Origin: Orbicella franksi
Lineage: Eukaryota
Direction of reading: 5' to 3'
Assembly (NCBI GenBank): GCA_964199315.1
Contig: OZ116708.1
Location: 2,914,001-2,978,000 of the forward strand
DNA: 64,000 nucleotides
How positions within the stretch are numbered: position 1 is the first letter of the stretch; each line of letters begins with the position of its first letter. The notes beneath the pieces were generated by a model. It made no database searches. It was not told the DNA's origin and was given only the letters and a program-made list of their open reading frames with translations. The position numbers were made by a program, and so were the translations under genes. Positions 36,531 through 50,500 of this stretch are shown one piece after another.

Positions 36531-37339
36531 AGAAACAAGATCACTGGCGTATTTAAATCGGGCGGGCAAATCAGCTGAAAAAACCTATTATGTTAAGTTA
36601 GCAATTAAATAAATGGAGACGATATCTGGGTGACAACTCGTGTGGCAGTTTTTCATACTCTAGAGGGGCTTTGGTTGCATAGGTAATCGTAATAAATGAG
36701 AGTGCAGTTATAAGGATTATATTACAGGTGATGTTTGAAATTTCTCTCCAAATTGCAAAAGCCTTTAGGCGAGTGCAACTTGCAAGAATTCAAGTATCAC
36801 GAGTAGTGTAAATCCTTAACTGTTCGAGCCTTCACACGATCACTCATTTGTTACATGACTGGGAAAATTGCGAACGCGCACGTCAATTTAAACTGCAGTG
36901 CAAATTAAGAATTAACAATAAATTGGCCTGCTCTCAGCCAATCACAATGAAGTAATTTTCTCAGTCAGATAATAATATAGGAAAATTCACTACCCGACGA
37001 GGGAATTCCACGTGTTATGAATTTTCCTTGAATCGCATAGCCTTCTTTTTAAATGAAAAAAAACTCCGTTTCATTCAAGTCTGTGTGAATGTTGCAATAT
37101 TCAACGTGCCTCGCTTTCAAGAGTTGCAATTCCACACTGAATACCTCGCCTAGGTAACCAATCAGGGTGCGAGAATTCTCTGAGCTAGGCGATTGTAGGT
37201 TATTATTACAATTTAATGGCAGATTTACAAAACAACAAACAAACAAAAAAATAAGCTATAAGGATAATTTGTAAAAGAGTTGGGTGACCCCATATAAAAA
37301 CAAATCACCTCATAAAATTATAAAAATTACAATAATCTC

Positions 37340-37700
37340 GCTAAAACTGTAATAATATTTACAATTTTGTTACAAATTTAATAACGTCAGCTTTAAACTT
37401 GTCAACACTGCATGCCGAACGGACCTCAAAAGGTAAACTGTTCCATTCATCCACAATCCTATAAAAGTAACTGTTTTTAAGTATATTTGTCCTGGCATAT
37501 TTCTTTTTTAAGGATTTATTGTCGAAATGTCTCAATAAGTAACGGTTCTCTTGGCTATAAAAATCTAAGAATTGAGAAAAGTCAAAATCTAAATGGCCAT
37601 TAAGAGTCTTAAACAAGAAGGTGACATCGACAAGGAAACGTCTTTTCTTTTTGTTAAATAAGCGTCCTCCGTAAACAAAAAGGGCCCGGTCTATACGCCT
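37340..37700 (-). mobile_element. 5'-truncated CR1/L2-group LINE fragment (ORF2 C-terminus)
   Basis: DVTFLFKTLNG...ARTNILKNSYFYRIVDEWNSLPFEVRSACSVDKFK matches the typical C-terminal signature of CR1/L2-group reverse transcriptases. Confidence 0.8.
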
Positions 37701-39002
37701 AAGGTGCTTTGTATTAAGCGTCACTATTCCAATATGCCTTAGAGCTCGAGTTATGATAGGCGACAACGTGTCAAAAAGTATCCGTTTCCGAATATGAAAA
37801 CGCAGTAGTGTGGACAGGTGAAAACAAACCGAAAACACTAGTGTGAACCAAAATATTTTGCTTCGTTTTCGTTCTGAGACGAAAATGGATACTATTGAGA
37901 ACGGAATTCGTGTAGTCGGGGCTACAACGCTCGAAAACGCCGATGGAAACGGAGGCTTTCAAAAACGGTTTCGAAAGTGTAGCGTTTTAAATACGCCGGA
38001 GGCTTTTGAAAACGGTGACAAAAAAGCGTCATACACTGCCGTTTCCATCAGCGTTTTCGAGCGTTTTAGTGTGGACGATAGGCAAAAACGTGCTAAAAAG
38101 TATGCGTTTTCGAATTATAACGTATCAGTGTGGACAGGTGAAAAAAAAAAAAAAAAAAAAAAAAAAAAACGAAAACGCTATTGTGGGCGAAAGTATTTTG
38201 AGGAAAACGGATACTCTAAAAAACGCATTAGTGAAATCTTCCATCCAGATTAAATTGTGAAATAATGTCGGATTTTAGATTAACACAGTATATTCAGTTA
38301 TACAAGTATATCCCCTTCATAAAAATTAAGAACCTGCTTAGCCTAAATTTACAAATATAGCAGGGATTGATCTAAAAACAACTTCTGAGGGATTGCCTTA
38401 GGAATAAAACTACATGAGAGATTCTTACCACAGTTATCATCTCTTGAAAAGCTCTCATCTTTCATCTATTAGCCATGTCGAGTAAACCGAGTTTGGTTTA
38501 GTTTTGGATTCCGAACAATTATTTTGGCAGCACTGAGTCACGGGGCACTTTCATTTCCATTCGATGAAAACTTCTGTTTTGAATTTCAGGAATTATCCAG
38601 TGACGGATCGAACAGCATTTTCCTGAATTTCCGAAAAAGGAGACAACCTTGTGAGTTTTATCCACATTTTCGGAACTTTTAGTTCCATCTGATTTTCCTA
38701 CCGCAATTTCCGAAATTTTCGGTTGAGTGTTCGCTTCAGGGGAAATTCAAAAATTCCTGATTATCGGGAAACTTTCGAAATTTTCGGAAATTTTGGTTGA
38801 ATAGATTGCGCTCATTTAAGAATCAGGTAGTTGGGCACTTTAGAGAGAGAAAAAAAAAACAAAACAAAAAAATTAATGAATAAAGCGCTCCCGTCCCGTG
38901 TAAGCGTTGTCCTTGATAACTGCCAAACTTTAATTGAAACTTTCACTCAGTGATGTATGGTCATTGTAACTCACTAACATAGGATCTTGAATCTTTATTG
39001 AG

Positions 39003-39271
39003 CCTTTCATTAACATGTGGACTCTAAAATTTAAAGCACAACCGACAAATGCGTTTTTCGCTACCGTCAATCAAATGTTCGGCGGCTCCGCCAAGTTTCC
39101 TACTAATGCCGAACACTGTTTCGTTGTCTGAACTGCGCACAAAGATTTGATTACCGCGCGCTCGGCAGTAGTCGGAAGCTGGGAGGAGCCGCCGAACATT
39201 TGATTGACGGTAGCGAAAAACGCATTTGTCGGTTGAGCTTTGAATTTTAGAGTCCGCATGTTATTGAAAGG
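39003..39271. mobile_element. MITE with long (about 85 bp) terminal inverted repeats
   Basis: CCTTTCATTAACATGTGGACTCTAAAATT...ATGTTCGGCGGCTCC versus GGAGCCGCCGAACAT...AATTTTAGAGTCCGCATGTTATTGAAAGG. Confidence 0.8.
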
Positions 39272-39279
39272 CGCAGTAA

Positions 39280-39658
39280 GGCTCCGTGCACACGACGCCG
39301 GAGGAATTGGAAAACGGAGCTAAGTTTTCCTGTGAAAACGCACCAAATGCTTTACGTCCACGCTACGCCGGAGGAATTTACAAAACGCAGCAATCACCCG
39401 TAATTTTGAATTTGTGTTTGAGAAAAACTCGGTCAGAGAAATCACATGATTATCGTGACAACATCGTTTTCAAAAAGCTCCGTTTTCAAAATGTTTTCCG
39501 TCCAAACGAAAACGTAAAGTCGGCGTTTTCAAATTCCTCCGGTTTGAGTAGTGTTTTCGAAAAGCTCCTTTTTCGTGACGGATTAGCGTAGACGGTAGGT
39601 CTCACCGTATAAATAAAGCTGCGTTTTCAAATTTCTCCAGCGTTGTGTGTACGCTGCC
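39280..39658. mobile_element. PIF/Harbinger-like MITE with TAA TSD
   Basis: TAA|GGCTCCGTGCACACGACGCCGGAG ... CTCCAGCGTTGTGTGTACGCTGCC|TAA. Confidence 0.7.
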
Positions 39659-40554
39659 TAAATTACAAGGCAGAGAATGGTGCCTCAATTTGTGGAATGA
39701 AAACTTTATGAACTTTCTCTAACAAATCAAAAAGGCAGGAATCATACTTTGATAACAGATAGCTTAAGCCAGTCAAAGAGAGGGTTCACGCCCTAAATAG
39801 CCTGCGTAACAAGCGAAGAGGTTCCCGCCTACTAGACACGCGAAAATTAGGGCGAGGGCATAAAATTGACAGAGATGGGGATGTGGCCGTAATGCAGAAA
39901 AAGCTGTTTCGTTCGTATGGGAAAGCTCACTATGGGAAGCTACGTCTTAGTCAGTTCAATTATCAAATGCTAATGCAGCCTTGGTATTTGTTCACAATCA
40001 AGTTAGACGGGGAAGGACTTAAATCTGGGGATTGGGGGGGGGGGGGGTTGCCATAAGCAGTACATTCCTCCACTTAGCGCACATGGGGCTAAAATCATGG
40101 CTGGACAGGGGGAAGCGAGCTTATGACTAGCATCTTACTATAAACTGCTACCTTTAAACTACTACACTCAAAGTGAAGCAGCCGTCATATTGTGTCAGCT
40201 TAATCCTCACTATAGAAGACAACTCATACTGTAAGAATCGATAAAAAAAATTAATTGCAAATTACATCACTAAATAATTTTAGCATTACTATTCAATTTA
40301 ACTTTAGATATATACTTAAAAGTTAAACGGCGGAGTTTTAGTTTCTTACGCTATACAGGAATATCTGCATTTTTAAAGGCAGCAAACCAGTGCCACATAC
40401 AGTTGCAGGGTAACTTTCAGGATTTTTCAAGGAAGGGGAAGGAGTTGCAGAATCAACAGGACATGACCCCTAATTTTAAAATTTGACAGTTGGAACCTAA
40501 TTGAAAACTGTTACAATAGTCTGGCTGTTAGAGAATAACATGTTTTTCCCCAGG

Positions 40555-41015
40555 GAGGAGGGGTGAGGTACTCCCAGGAAAATTGGGTGGCAGTGTGTGG
40601 CCTGCTTCCCAAAACCATTACCCTATTTATGACCAAAATCTGCGATATTCCCTACCCTATTTATGACCTGACCAAAAACGTGAAACCCTATTTATGACCT
40701 GGCTCTTAAATCAAAACCCTGTTTCAGGCCTGCATTATAATTAGTTCCCTAGCTCAGAGCAATGTTAAATTACCATAAACATAATTTGTGAAGGGCTTTT
40801 GTTGATTTTCTTTTCGATAATGATGAAAAAGTGGCTTCTTCTTAAAAACATACCCATATCAAGGCTAGAGTGTGAAAACCATACCCTATTTATGACCAAA
40901 ATGGCCATAATCAGCTAAAATCAAAACCCCATTTATGACCAAAACGGCTGAAAAACCATACCCTTTGGGGCGGCACATACCTATATAGCCCATATAAGGG
41001 AGTCCCCCCCCCCAT
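40555..41015. mobile_element. Dispersed repeat with G/C-run ends and internal ACCCTATTTATGACC repeats
   Basis: Four ACCC(T/C)ATTTATGACC units; elements with similar ends near 10290-10690, 42060-42365 and 55760-56570. Confidence 0.5.
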
Positions 41016-42792
41016 GGGGTTTTCACTTTTTCAGCTAGATAAAAAAAAATACTTGTAATTACAATAATGTACATGTCTAGAGTGCTTGTCTTTATTTCTG
41101 TCATAATATCCACAATCTTATTCATTTTCTTTTTCTTTTTTTTTTCATTTTTTGGTTCTCGAAAAGGGAGGGGGTGGCTAGCCAACCAACTCACCCCCTC
41201 CCCCCAAATCAATCCTTGAACTGGTCATGGAACATTGAAGCATTTGCGATGCTCATCTGCCAGTCAGAGGTGAGAACTATATACACAATAATTGAAGGCT
41301 TTTGTGCAAAAAGGAATCCTTCGAATCCTTCGAAGGTGGATTTTGACATGGTGCAAACTTAGACGGTTACTTTTAGCAGCTTTGAGAGCACGTTTTTTTT
41401 TTAAATAGGTGTTTTGATTTTTGAAAGAAGTAGAGAAATAGACTGGAAAAAAAAAACGACCAGCCTCGTATCGAACCGGTGTCATGGCAAAACAGACTAG
41501 AATCCGACCCGTTCAGTGCCTTATTCGCTTGCGCTAACAAAGCAACAGTAAGAGAATTGCGTAATTATATGAATACTAAAACTAGTGGCAAATACCATGC
41601 TTCGGCGACTTCATCGTTTAGCAAAACAAAAGGTTTCTTTTGTTTTTCGCTCAACAAAAGATCTCCAAAACATACCCTTGGAAAACTGAGTGTTTTTGCA
41701 CACGTTATTTCTCGAAAATGAAGCGCAAATCAACAAAAACAATTATGCAACAATGCTTTTCATGTCAAAACAAGTCAGTCTACCAAAAATTAGCTCGATC
41801 GTGCAAAAAATAAAAATCGGTCCAAAATGCTATATATGCCCTTTTTGCATGAAAGCCCTCAATTGTCCAATTGAAAGTTGTTAAAATTTACCTGACCAAA
41901 ATTAGTTCACTTGTTTGGCAACTTTAAAATATTTTTCACTTTCCACTGGAATTAAATACTTCAGATTTCTAGCCTGTGACAAAGCAGGGCTGTCTCTGTT
42001 GACGTGGGTCTGGGGAGGGTATGGGTGTAACTACATGTAGATAAATGTATGCCCCCCTCCTGCTCTCCCTTATAAAAAAGACAAGAGTACTTGTCATACC
42101 TTTTAGGGGTTAAAAAGCAAGTTTGGAATCTCTCAGGGTGTTCAGCATCAAAAGGTTAACAGCATGAGCTTTCAGGGCATCTTTTAGTGTATTGAGCCAA
42201 AAAAAGTCAGTGTCAGTTAATGTGTAGTTTAAGAACTGGTGCCTCTAAGGGGTGAAAAAAATTTCAGCCCACCCCCAAAAACAGTACCTTGATACCTCCT
42301 AGAGGTTCTTCTCAAAATTTCCAATGAGCACCCCTGTCCTTTTTATATGAAAGTCCCCCTCTGGTCCTACATGCATGCTTTCTTTTGTCAAGAGTAGATG
42401 TACCTCATAAATTGCAAGTAATTGTATTTCAGGGGGCCCTGTCAAACATGCACCCTGATCACCTAACCCCCCTCCCCAACCAATCAGAGACAATTCTGAA
42501 GAGGCAATAATAATACATCAAATACAATTTTTCCAGGACCCATCCAGGGTGCTTATTTCCAATTGCAGATTTACTCTTTTCAATTTCCACAATTGCACAA
42601 GATTTTTCATACTTCAACTACGTTTTTTGGCAAAAAAACATTTAGAGATTCTGAATTTACAGTGAATTCTTAATGCATTTGTCTGAAATCATTTATAAAT
42701 TCCATGATTCTATGGGGACCAGGGTGGCTGTTCAAGGAGGGGCACTTGATTGAGGAGATATGTAGTCTGGTATTTCAAACCCATTTGATCTG

Positions 42793-45700
42793 TTAAAGTG
42801 ATGGAAAGTGCAGTAGCAAAACTGCAGCTGCAAGTTGAAGAAAGCTCCAAGAAAAAATGTTACATGCTGCACTTTTAATAGTGGGTGTCGTCCCTACTGG
42901 TGGAGGTGCAGTTATTAAGTCCTGTGGAAACTCACTGCTACGAGCAAGGCTGCACCAGTCATCCACATCTGCAGTGAAACAAAATGATTGTCATTAAACA
43001 TGTGGGGCTAGGTGCATGTATAAAACAATCATTTAAATTTCCAACCCTCATGCTATAACAAATAAGACTAGGTCAGCTTGCTAGCCTTAAATTATCCACC
43101 AATAACCAGAATTCACCTATAATTTAATCAATATACCTGGATAGAGAGGGGCATTGTAAGGGTGGTCTTGCCATACCATGTAAGAATGCAAACTGCAACA
43201 ATGGCTCAGCTTGAGCACTTTTGATTGCTTGACTAGGAGTATTTCTACTCCCCCCTAGATCTGATACTAGTCCATTGCAGGGTTGCCCCCAGCCCCAGCT
43301 TTAAATTTGCCAGTACCCGTTTATAAATACACCTTGGTGGAGAGAGGTACTGTGAGAGTAAAGTGTCTACGGCCAGGGCTCAAACCCTGACCATTCAATC
43401 AAGAGTAGAGCATACCAGAACCATGAGGCCACCACACCTTCCACACAGATGTAGAATGTAGTTGATACAGAAAGGTCTCTTAACAGCCCTACAAACAGAA
43501 ACTCATGAAGGCTTTCCTCACCTGCTCCTACAGGACTTGGAGTTAGTCTGTACCAGAACTGAACATCAGTATCGCAGCCTGCTCCAGTGTCACAGTAGAA
43601 CTCAAATATCACTTTATCTGTTGTTGGACCCCAGCAGTCCACACTTAGAAAGCCACCCTTCAAAAGAGAGCGAAGTCTGAGTTGAGAAACATAATAATTA
43701 CCGAGTTGTATCATACATCTGCAATGTGTCAAATGGCTCTATCTACAAGCACAAAGAAGGAAACCATGGTGGCCATACACTACCTATAGAGTGCGACTTG
43801 AGCTATCATAACAATTCCATTATAAAAGAAATATTACAAATTTAGTTATCAATTATAACAATTTTGGCAAAGTATTTCTTTCTGCTCTGCAACCTTTTAG
43901 TTTGGCATTGTTGTTTATACAAGCAAACAGGTTTTGAAATTTTGATGAACGCCAGCAACTGAAACTAGTACTCTACCCTAATCCCCTTGTCATTTCGTCA
44001 AACTTACTAGCCCCCAGTTTTACTCCTGCAAAAGAGCGAGATTTTGAAGGGTAAAGTATTGTACATGTACCTCAGTAGTAATACAACAGCCAAGTGGCTT
44101 AAAATGTTCTAAGTACAATTGATACTGTCTGACTTGTAATGTTTGTTGCTTTATGCACGCCTACCTGAGTACATTCTTTCTTTGGAGTAGGCTTGCTGTC
44201 ATCTCGCACACTAGTCAGAAGCAATAAGAAATTGATAAGTATTATACACATTGTATAGTATGCATGTATTAACTGTTAATTAATGATTATTATCAATCAG
44301 GCATTGTGTAAAATAATCACACTGAGAACATACATACCATACTGTTTTGCCTGGGACACGGGTTTGAATCTGGTGAGGATAAAGAAAAAAAATATATAAA
44401 AAGTAAGAAATTATGAGCTGATCAGTAAACATCTTTTTGAAGAGTTGTTTCCTAGGATGCATGCACAAACTTAACTCTTTACATTCTTCTGAGATTTCAT
44501 GGCCACTAAAACTAATAAATTTAGCCACTGGTGGGAATTCCTAATTTGGGGCAGATCCAAGAGTTGGTGAAGGGATGTCCAGAAAATTGTCTGCCACAGG
44601 AGATTCATTCTCTTTGGTCAAGTCCAGGGGCATGCCTCCCCTGGCCCCTCCCCCAAAGATTTTGAGATTTAGACAATTGGAAAGGTGATTTCCAGTGTTT
44701 TGAGGGACGATTGTTAGTTGTATAATATTATCTTTGAAATCATCTCTGTTTGAGATGTTTAAACAAGCACTATATGAGAAAGTTTTGGGCTGGTGGCAAT
44801 GTTTTAGCTAAAACTGTGGCCCTCAAAACCTTCTCATTCCCTACGTAAAACAAGGAAAAGGTTCTCATCTATCAATCTTTACGTTATTTTTGCTCTTTTC
44901 CAGTTACTTTTTTTTTGTCCACTGAGGTTTTTGTCAGAAACAGCAAATGTAAAAAATTAGATTTTCATTTCAGTTTACTGTTCTGACCAAACCACCCTGG
45001 AAACCACCCCTGGATCTGCCCCGGCTACTTACTTACCATGACTTCCAGATCTCTTGATGTCAAATTTTTCACATATACACAAGGGTTTTCTATTTCAGAC
45101 TGAACACCAGGGTATTGTGCTGTTGCAATCATATATCCTAAGGGTCTCTTGGTAATATCATCTGCAGCACTGATGTTCCTGTCATACTGTTCAGGAGGAA
45201 TCAGCTTGAACTCTGGGCAGTCGCTAAGTTGTGAAGTGGACACTGAAATGTAATGAAATTACAAAAAGTGTATTTTCTGGGAACAACTCTATATACTGCC
45301 TTATCCATGATTGGCACTGAGGGTTGTGAAAGCTTTATGGTTAAAAGTAAACAGTGTGCCGGATTCTAGAGAAGCAAGCTCAAATCCTGTAGACCAAGGT
45401 TATTGTGTTATGTTCTTGAACACGTTAAGATGTATTACAAGTACTCTCACAGAAGTTGGGTGGAGGAACATACAAAATGAACAGAACTTCTGCATAACAG
45501 TGACTGGTCAATTACCATCAGAAATTTAAGAAGGAATGCCTGGCCAAAAGGAAACAGAATTGATATATCTGGAACCTCCATTGGAACTACCAGAGTGGAG
45601 AGGCACCCCATCCAGGGGGAGTAAAAGTAGTTCTCTCTGTTTCAGGGTACAGGTAAGGTTAAGTCTGGATGCGAGCCCAGTGGCCCATCAGGCCAGTGCT

Positions 45701-46749
45701 TATCTCCAGTTTCTAGGGCATGAAGCAACTAAGGGTAATTTTGCTCTCCCCACCCCTTCATAATGGATGGGATAATGGGATGCCAGTCCGTCACATGCTT
45801 AGAAGTAGAGTTAATCATTGCCACTCATGAGCCAATTTAATCCTGTTTTTCTCCCATAATTCTAATGCAATAATGTTTACTTGGATTTGAACTTATTTTT
45901 AGCTTGCAAACTCCAAGAACCACTTTGTTTTGCCAGTTTGAGAGTGTTAAATTCAAGCCATTGTGGCCCTCTATTCGAGTAGGGGTGGGGTGGTATATAT
46001 CAATATTTCATGGAAATGCAATTGGCGGCAGAAAATTCCCTTGAGCGCATGCACATGCCAGCTAGTGTGCAAATTTGTTTCCTAAAGAGTTTATGTTGAT
46101 GACAAAATTATCCCGATAAAACTTATAGTTTACAGTGACTAATTTACATCCACTATTCTTCATATTTCCTACAAGCTAGTTAAACAAACAAATATGTATA
46201 GTACAGTACTTGCAAAGAGTAATTGAAAATCTGTGGGCGGTCCTGTCCACAAATTTCCAGTTTTGTGTTCCTAACTCTCAAATCAAGACTTAATCTGACA
46301 ATAGATCTAATTAAACTTAATTAAACAGGACTTCCATTTGACGATCAACTGACAGAAGCAAGTATGACAGCTTCAAAACAACTGAAACGGCAAGTAGATT
46401 CCGTACCAAGTACAACGAGCACAACAAACACCTTTCATAGTATTCAGTATTAGCTTGGGCATCTGTACGAAAAACCGCAATCTGCCGGATTGAAACATCA
46501 AAGAAAGGAAACAAACTTCGTGGAAAGAATTGTAAGATCACAAACGGTGAACTTTATGCTTGTTCAAAAAAAAGACTCTAGAAGAAAATAAGCTTAGCTA
46601 CGAATTCTCTCGCTTTCCGCGCGATCAATTACTAAAATGATTGCCGTAATTTCAGCAAAAATTGTGACATGGTAATACTCACCTGGGCTTATTATTACAC
46701 TGAAGGTAAGGAAGATAAAGAAACAAAGGTTTCGAAATCTAAAATCCAT
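42793..46749 (-). CDS. Uncharacterised secreted/GPI-anchor-like Cys-containing protein, 220 aa. Exons 46749-46683, 45242-45037, 44369-44338, 44210-44165, 43657-43522, 42968-42793
   Basis: Six exons join with consistent phases into one ORF: signal peptide MDFRFRNLCFFIFLTFSVIISP, body with CPEF...NPCVYV...CVRDD...ECTQ...DCW...FYCDTGAGCD...WC, a Pro/Thr-rich stalk, and hydrophobic tail SWSFLQLAAAVLLLHFPSL. Confidence 0.75.
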
Positions 46750-47549
46750 TTTTTTGGCTGAACTTCCAAATATTTTGCCTAATGGGAATCACGCGCGACT
46801 TCCTCGCGTTTGAGAAACTGACATTCTTACCCAGGGTGGGCTGGGGATATGTCAGCCCCCGAAATGATCCCGAAATGATCCCGAAATGATCCCCAGTGAA
46901 TTTTAAGAATGCCGAAAAAACATGGGAATGTGGATAGACTGCTGGCAGTCTGTTTTTCTCTCGAAATTCAGTAGGGGCTATGAGGGGAGACGTTTTTGCT
47001 AAAGGGGAATGGGACGCGACATGGGCGCCGTACTCGACCTGCCCTTGTCCCGCCCTCTTCCCTACTCGGGAATTTGTAACAAATTGATATATGGTATCGA
47101 TAAGACCAAATAAAAGACAGTACAAGAAAAATAATAATCGGTAGCGACTTTATTATCCTGTACATTTTTTTAGCATTTTATGTCATTGTCACAGAGGGGT
47201 TTGTAATTCGCGTGACTGTCACGCATCCTTGCGTGACAACCGCTCTCCCAAATTTGGACAGTATTGCAAACGAGGTTTAGCTGGGTCCAGCTCCCGTCCA
47301 AACACAAAAGTTTTGCACAGAAACTGCACAGCTAAGTACAATCCATATTTCACGGCTAACAGGGCATATATTTAGACTTCCTGAAAGCTATCATGTTCTA
47401 CACATGACATATCGTATGAGCTTCCTTCTGAAGGTATCATATACAACTTATTCTTTGGAGAACGAAGTCGAAAAACGCTCGGTCGAAGAACTTGAACTTA
47501 TCCATGGCCAAGGAGTCTTTCATCACTTGAATGTTTTCGTCCCAAAATT

Positions 47550-50500
47550 ATGGATCTAGCTCCTAAAGTAGAATTTTTAAAATTTCATCAAGGATATGTC
47601 CGTGGAGTGGCATTTTCGCCTGTGGTAAGATTTAAAGTTATTAATACCAAACTATATACAACTATTTTGGAAATTCTGCTTTCATTTTATCGCAGTTTTA
47701 GACAAGTACTGAAATTAGACGTAGTTTAATAGTTTGCGGTGTCCTTTGTGGTGACGAGAGAATGTACTAGATATTATTTTTTCACCTTTTAGGATCGATA
47801 CTTGTTTTGCTCTGGTGCGTATGATGGGAAGGTCAACATCTACAGCGCCAAGAAGTGTCATCTTTTGGGGAGTTATCCGGTACAAACAATACCTTGAAAT
47901 CCTGACATAGTTTTTTGAACTGATCGCTTCGATCATATCCACCAACAAACTATGCCTTAAATGACAATTCATTGCGTCACTGTAAATTTCTTCTTTCAAT
48001 TCGAAACTCTTTAATTCCCTCTATCAATAATCTCCTATACATTCACTTTAATGTTTACTGTTTCTCTTTGTAGCAGGCATTTGAATGAAAAACATTGCAA
48101 GCTTGTTAATATTTTAATTTTTTTTTCTCATCATCTGTTATGTTGTTGATAGTGCGTTTATTTACATAATGTACTTCAAAATGATTGTTAGATTTTTATT
48201 GCTGAGGCTGTATTAGGGGGTTTCGGAATACAGGATATTTAGGTAAAAATAAAATGGCATTCCGAAAACCTCTTGGACCTAACATCAACAGGGCATCAAT
48301 ACTGTAGCATCCCTTGTGAGAAACAATATCAAACAGCGTGCAAACAATCCCAATAACAGACTCAGCATGGATGTGGAAAAAGAAAGATCAGCAGACCAAT
48401 ATAATTATTTTTCAGCAAAAGTTATCACTTGGCTTACTTTTGGAATTACTCTCTCATCAGTAAACACCAGTAGACAGGCCTGAATCTCTTTCATAAAATG
48501 CTCATCCTTTAATTTTGTTTTTCTTGCGATCAACAGATAACAACTCTGAGTTTAGCGAGGAATATAAAGGCTGTTAGATTTACAAGTGATGGACAAAAGG
48601 TACATTTGTGCATTCTATCCAAAGAAAGATTTCATAATTGTCAAGGGTTTCATTAAGATTTTCAGCAGGCTGGAAAAGGTTTTCATAGGCAAGCAATACT
48701 CTGGGCAAAATCATCCTCATAACTGGTCAGTTTGCCCATTGCTCAGCCCTTAATGGAACTGCTTGAGTTGCATAGTTTTTGAAGATTCACATATTTAACA
48801 CATAATAATATGGAACCACAATTACAGAATCGAGGACACCTAGTGTCCTCAATTCCGTAATAGCAGGGGTCGGTATCAGCAGGAATTGTTTCTATACATT
48901 TCTTTGTAGTTTCAGCCAGGGATTTAGCTTAGCTGTCCTTAGAAGCATGGAGGCACGGTGGCCTCATGGTTAGTGTGCTCCTCCCTGGATTGAGCGGTCC
49001 GGGTTCAAGCCCTGGCCGGAAACATTGGGTTGTGTTCTTGGGAAAGACACCTCACTCTCACAGTGCCTCTCTCTACCCAGGAGTATAAATGGGTACCAGC
49101 AAATTGTTGAGGAAACCTAACAAATTGCAGGGGAGTGACCTGCGATGGACTACCATCCCATCCAGGGGGAGTAGAAATACTCCTAGCCGCTTCATGCTAT
49201 AGAAACCAGGATAAGCTCCGGCAGCTATAAGCCAGTAGGCTCCAAGGCTTCACTCTCCCTTTAGTAGCAGGGTGTTCGCAAGGAAAGATTTGACTAGCTG
49301 TGTACTCTCCCTATAAAAAGAGCATGAACTGATAGCTGGACTTAATATTAAAGAAAAGATACATTGCCTTTTTCATTTTCACTTTCTTGTAAGCCCAGAC
49401 ATACATGTAAGGAAAAAGATACTTTCATTTTTTTTTTACAACCACAATAGTTTTAGGTACAGTACAATAAGCATTAGGCTGTCAAAAGTAACTTCAACAC
49501 GGCATGATTTTTGCTGGCAACTAATTAGAAACAATTTTTATTTTCAATTTTCAGATTTTGGCATCAACAAATGCCAGACGATTGATAGTTATGGATGTTG
49601 AGACAGGAGAACAAGTAGTATCATATGATAATTGTAAGTCACCATGTGGAATGAAGTCAGTCAATTTCATATTCATGTTGAAGTAAACTTCAACTCTTCA
49701 TGAATGGTGGCACAATCCTCTGAAAGCAGCGTTTAATTTTCTTGAGGATTGGAAAGGAGGGAAAACTTGCAAGACCTTTTTTTCTTATGGACACAAATCT
49801 AACCACTAATTAAAAATAAGTAAAAATAAATAAATTATTTAGAGAGGAAGCCACATCAGCCTTAGCTGGTTTTCATGCAGCTCCTCTCTCCTGGTCGCAT
49901 TGGAATTTGGAAATGTTGGTTTTTGTGGAGGGAGGAAAACCGGGGCACCTGGAGAAAAACCCTCAGAGCAAGGCAAGAACCAACAACAAACTCAACCCAC
50001 ATATGGCACTAGGCCAGAATCAAACCACATTCTTTGGTAAGAGGCAAGCACTCTCACCACTGTGCCATCCCTGCTCCACCCACTGACTTTTGCTGTTAAT
50101 TATTCAGTGTGAGACTGTGGTTTGAAATCAGTTGTTTTCTGCTAAAAAAAGAACTTCAAAATAAAAGGAGCTTAATTTGCTGTCAATTTCAGTGATTGTG
50201 ATTCTTTTTTTTTCTCTCCTTTCTTTGCTAGGTGTTTACAATGGTCCAGATCGGACTGGGTTGGCAGTGGATTCCCAGACAGGTCCTAACATTGCAACTT
50301 GCTGCTGTGTTAATGGGCGAGGTCTTTCCATGTTTGACCTCAGAATGCCCCTTCCAATGGATTTTATCTATGATGTGAGTTGTTTTTTTTATACTAGTAG
50401 CAGCAAGTTGTACCTTGATGTATCTAGTAGTTCATAGTCATGCACGCCCTACTCTCCCAACCTGTCTAGATGTATATGCACTGGCAATTTGCACTCGGGA

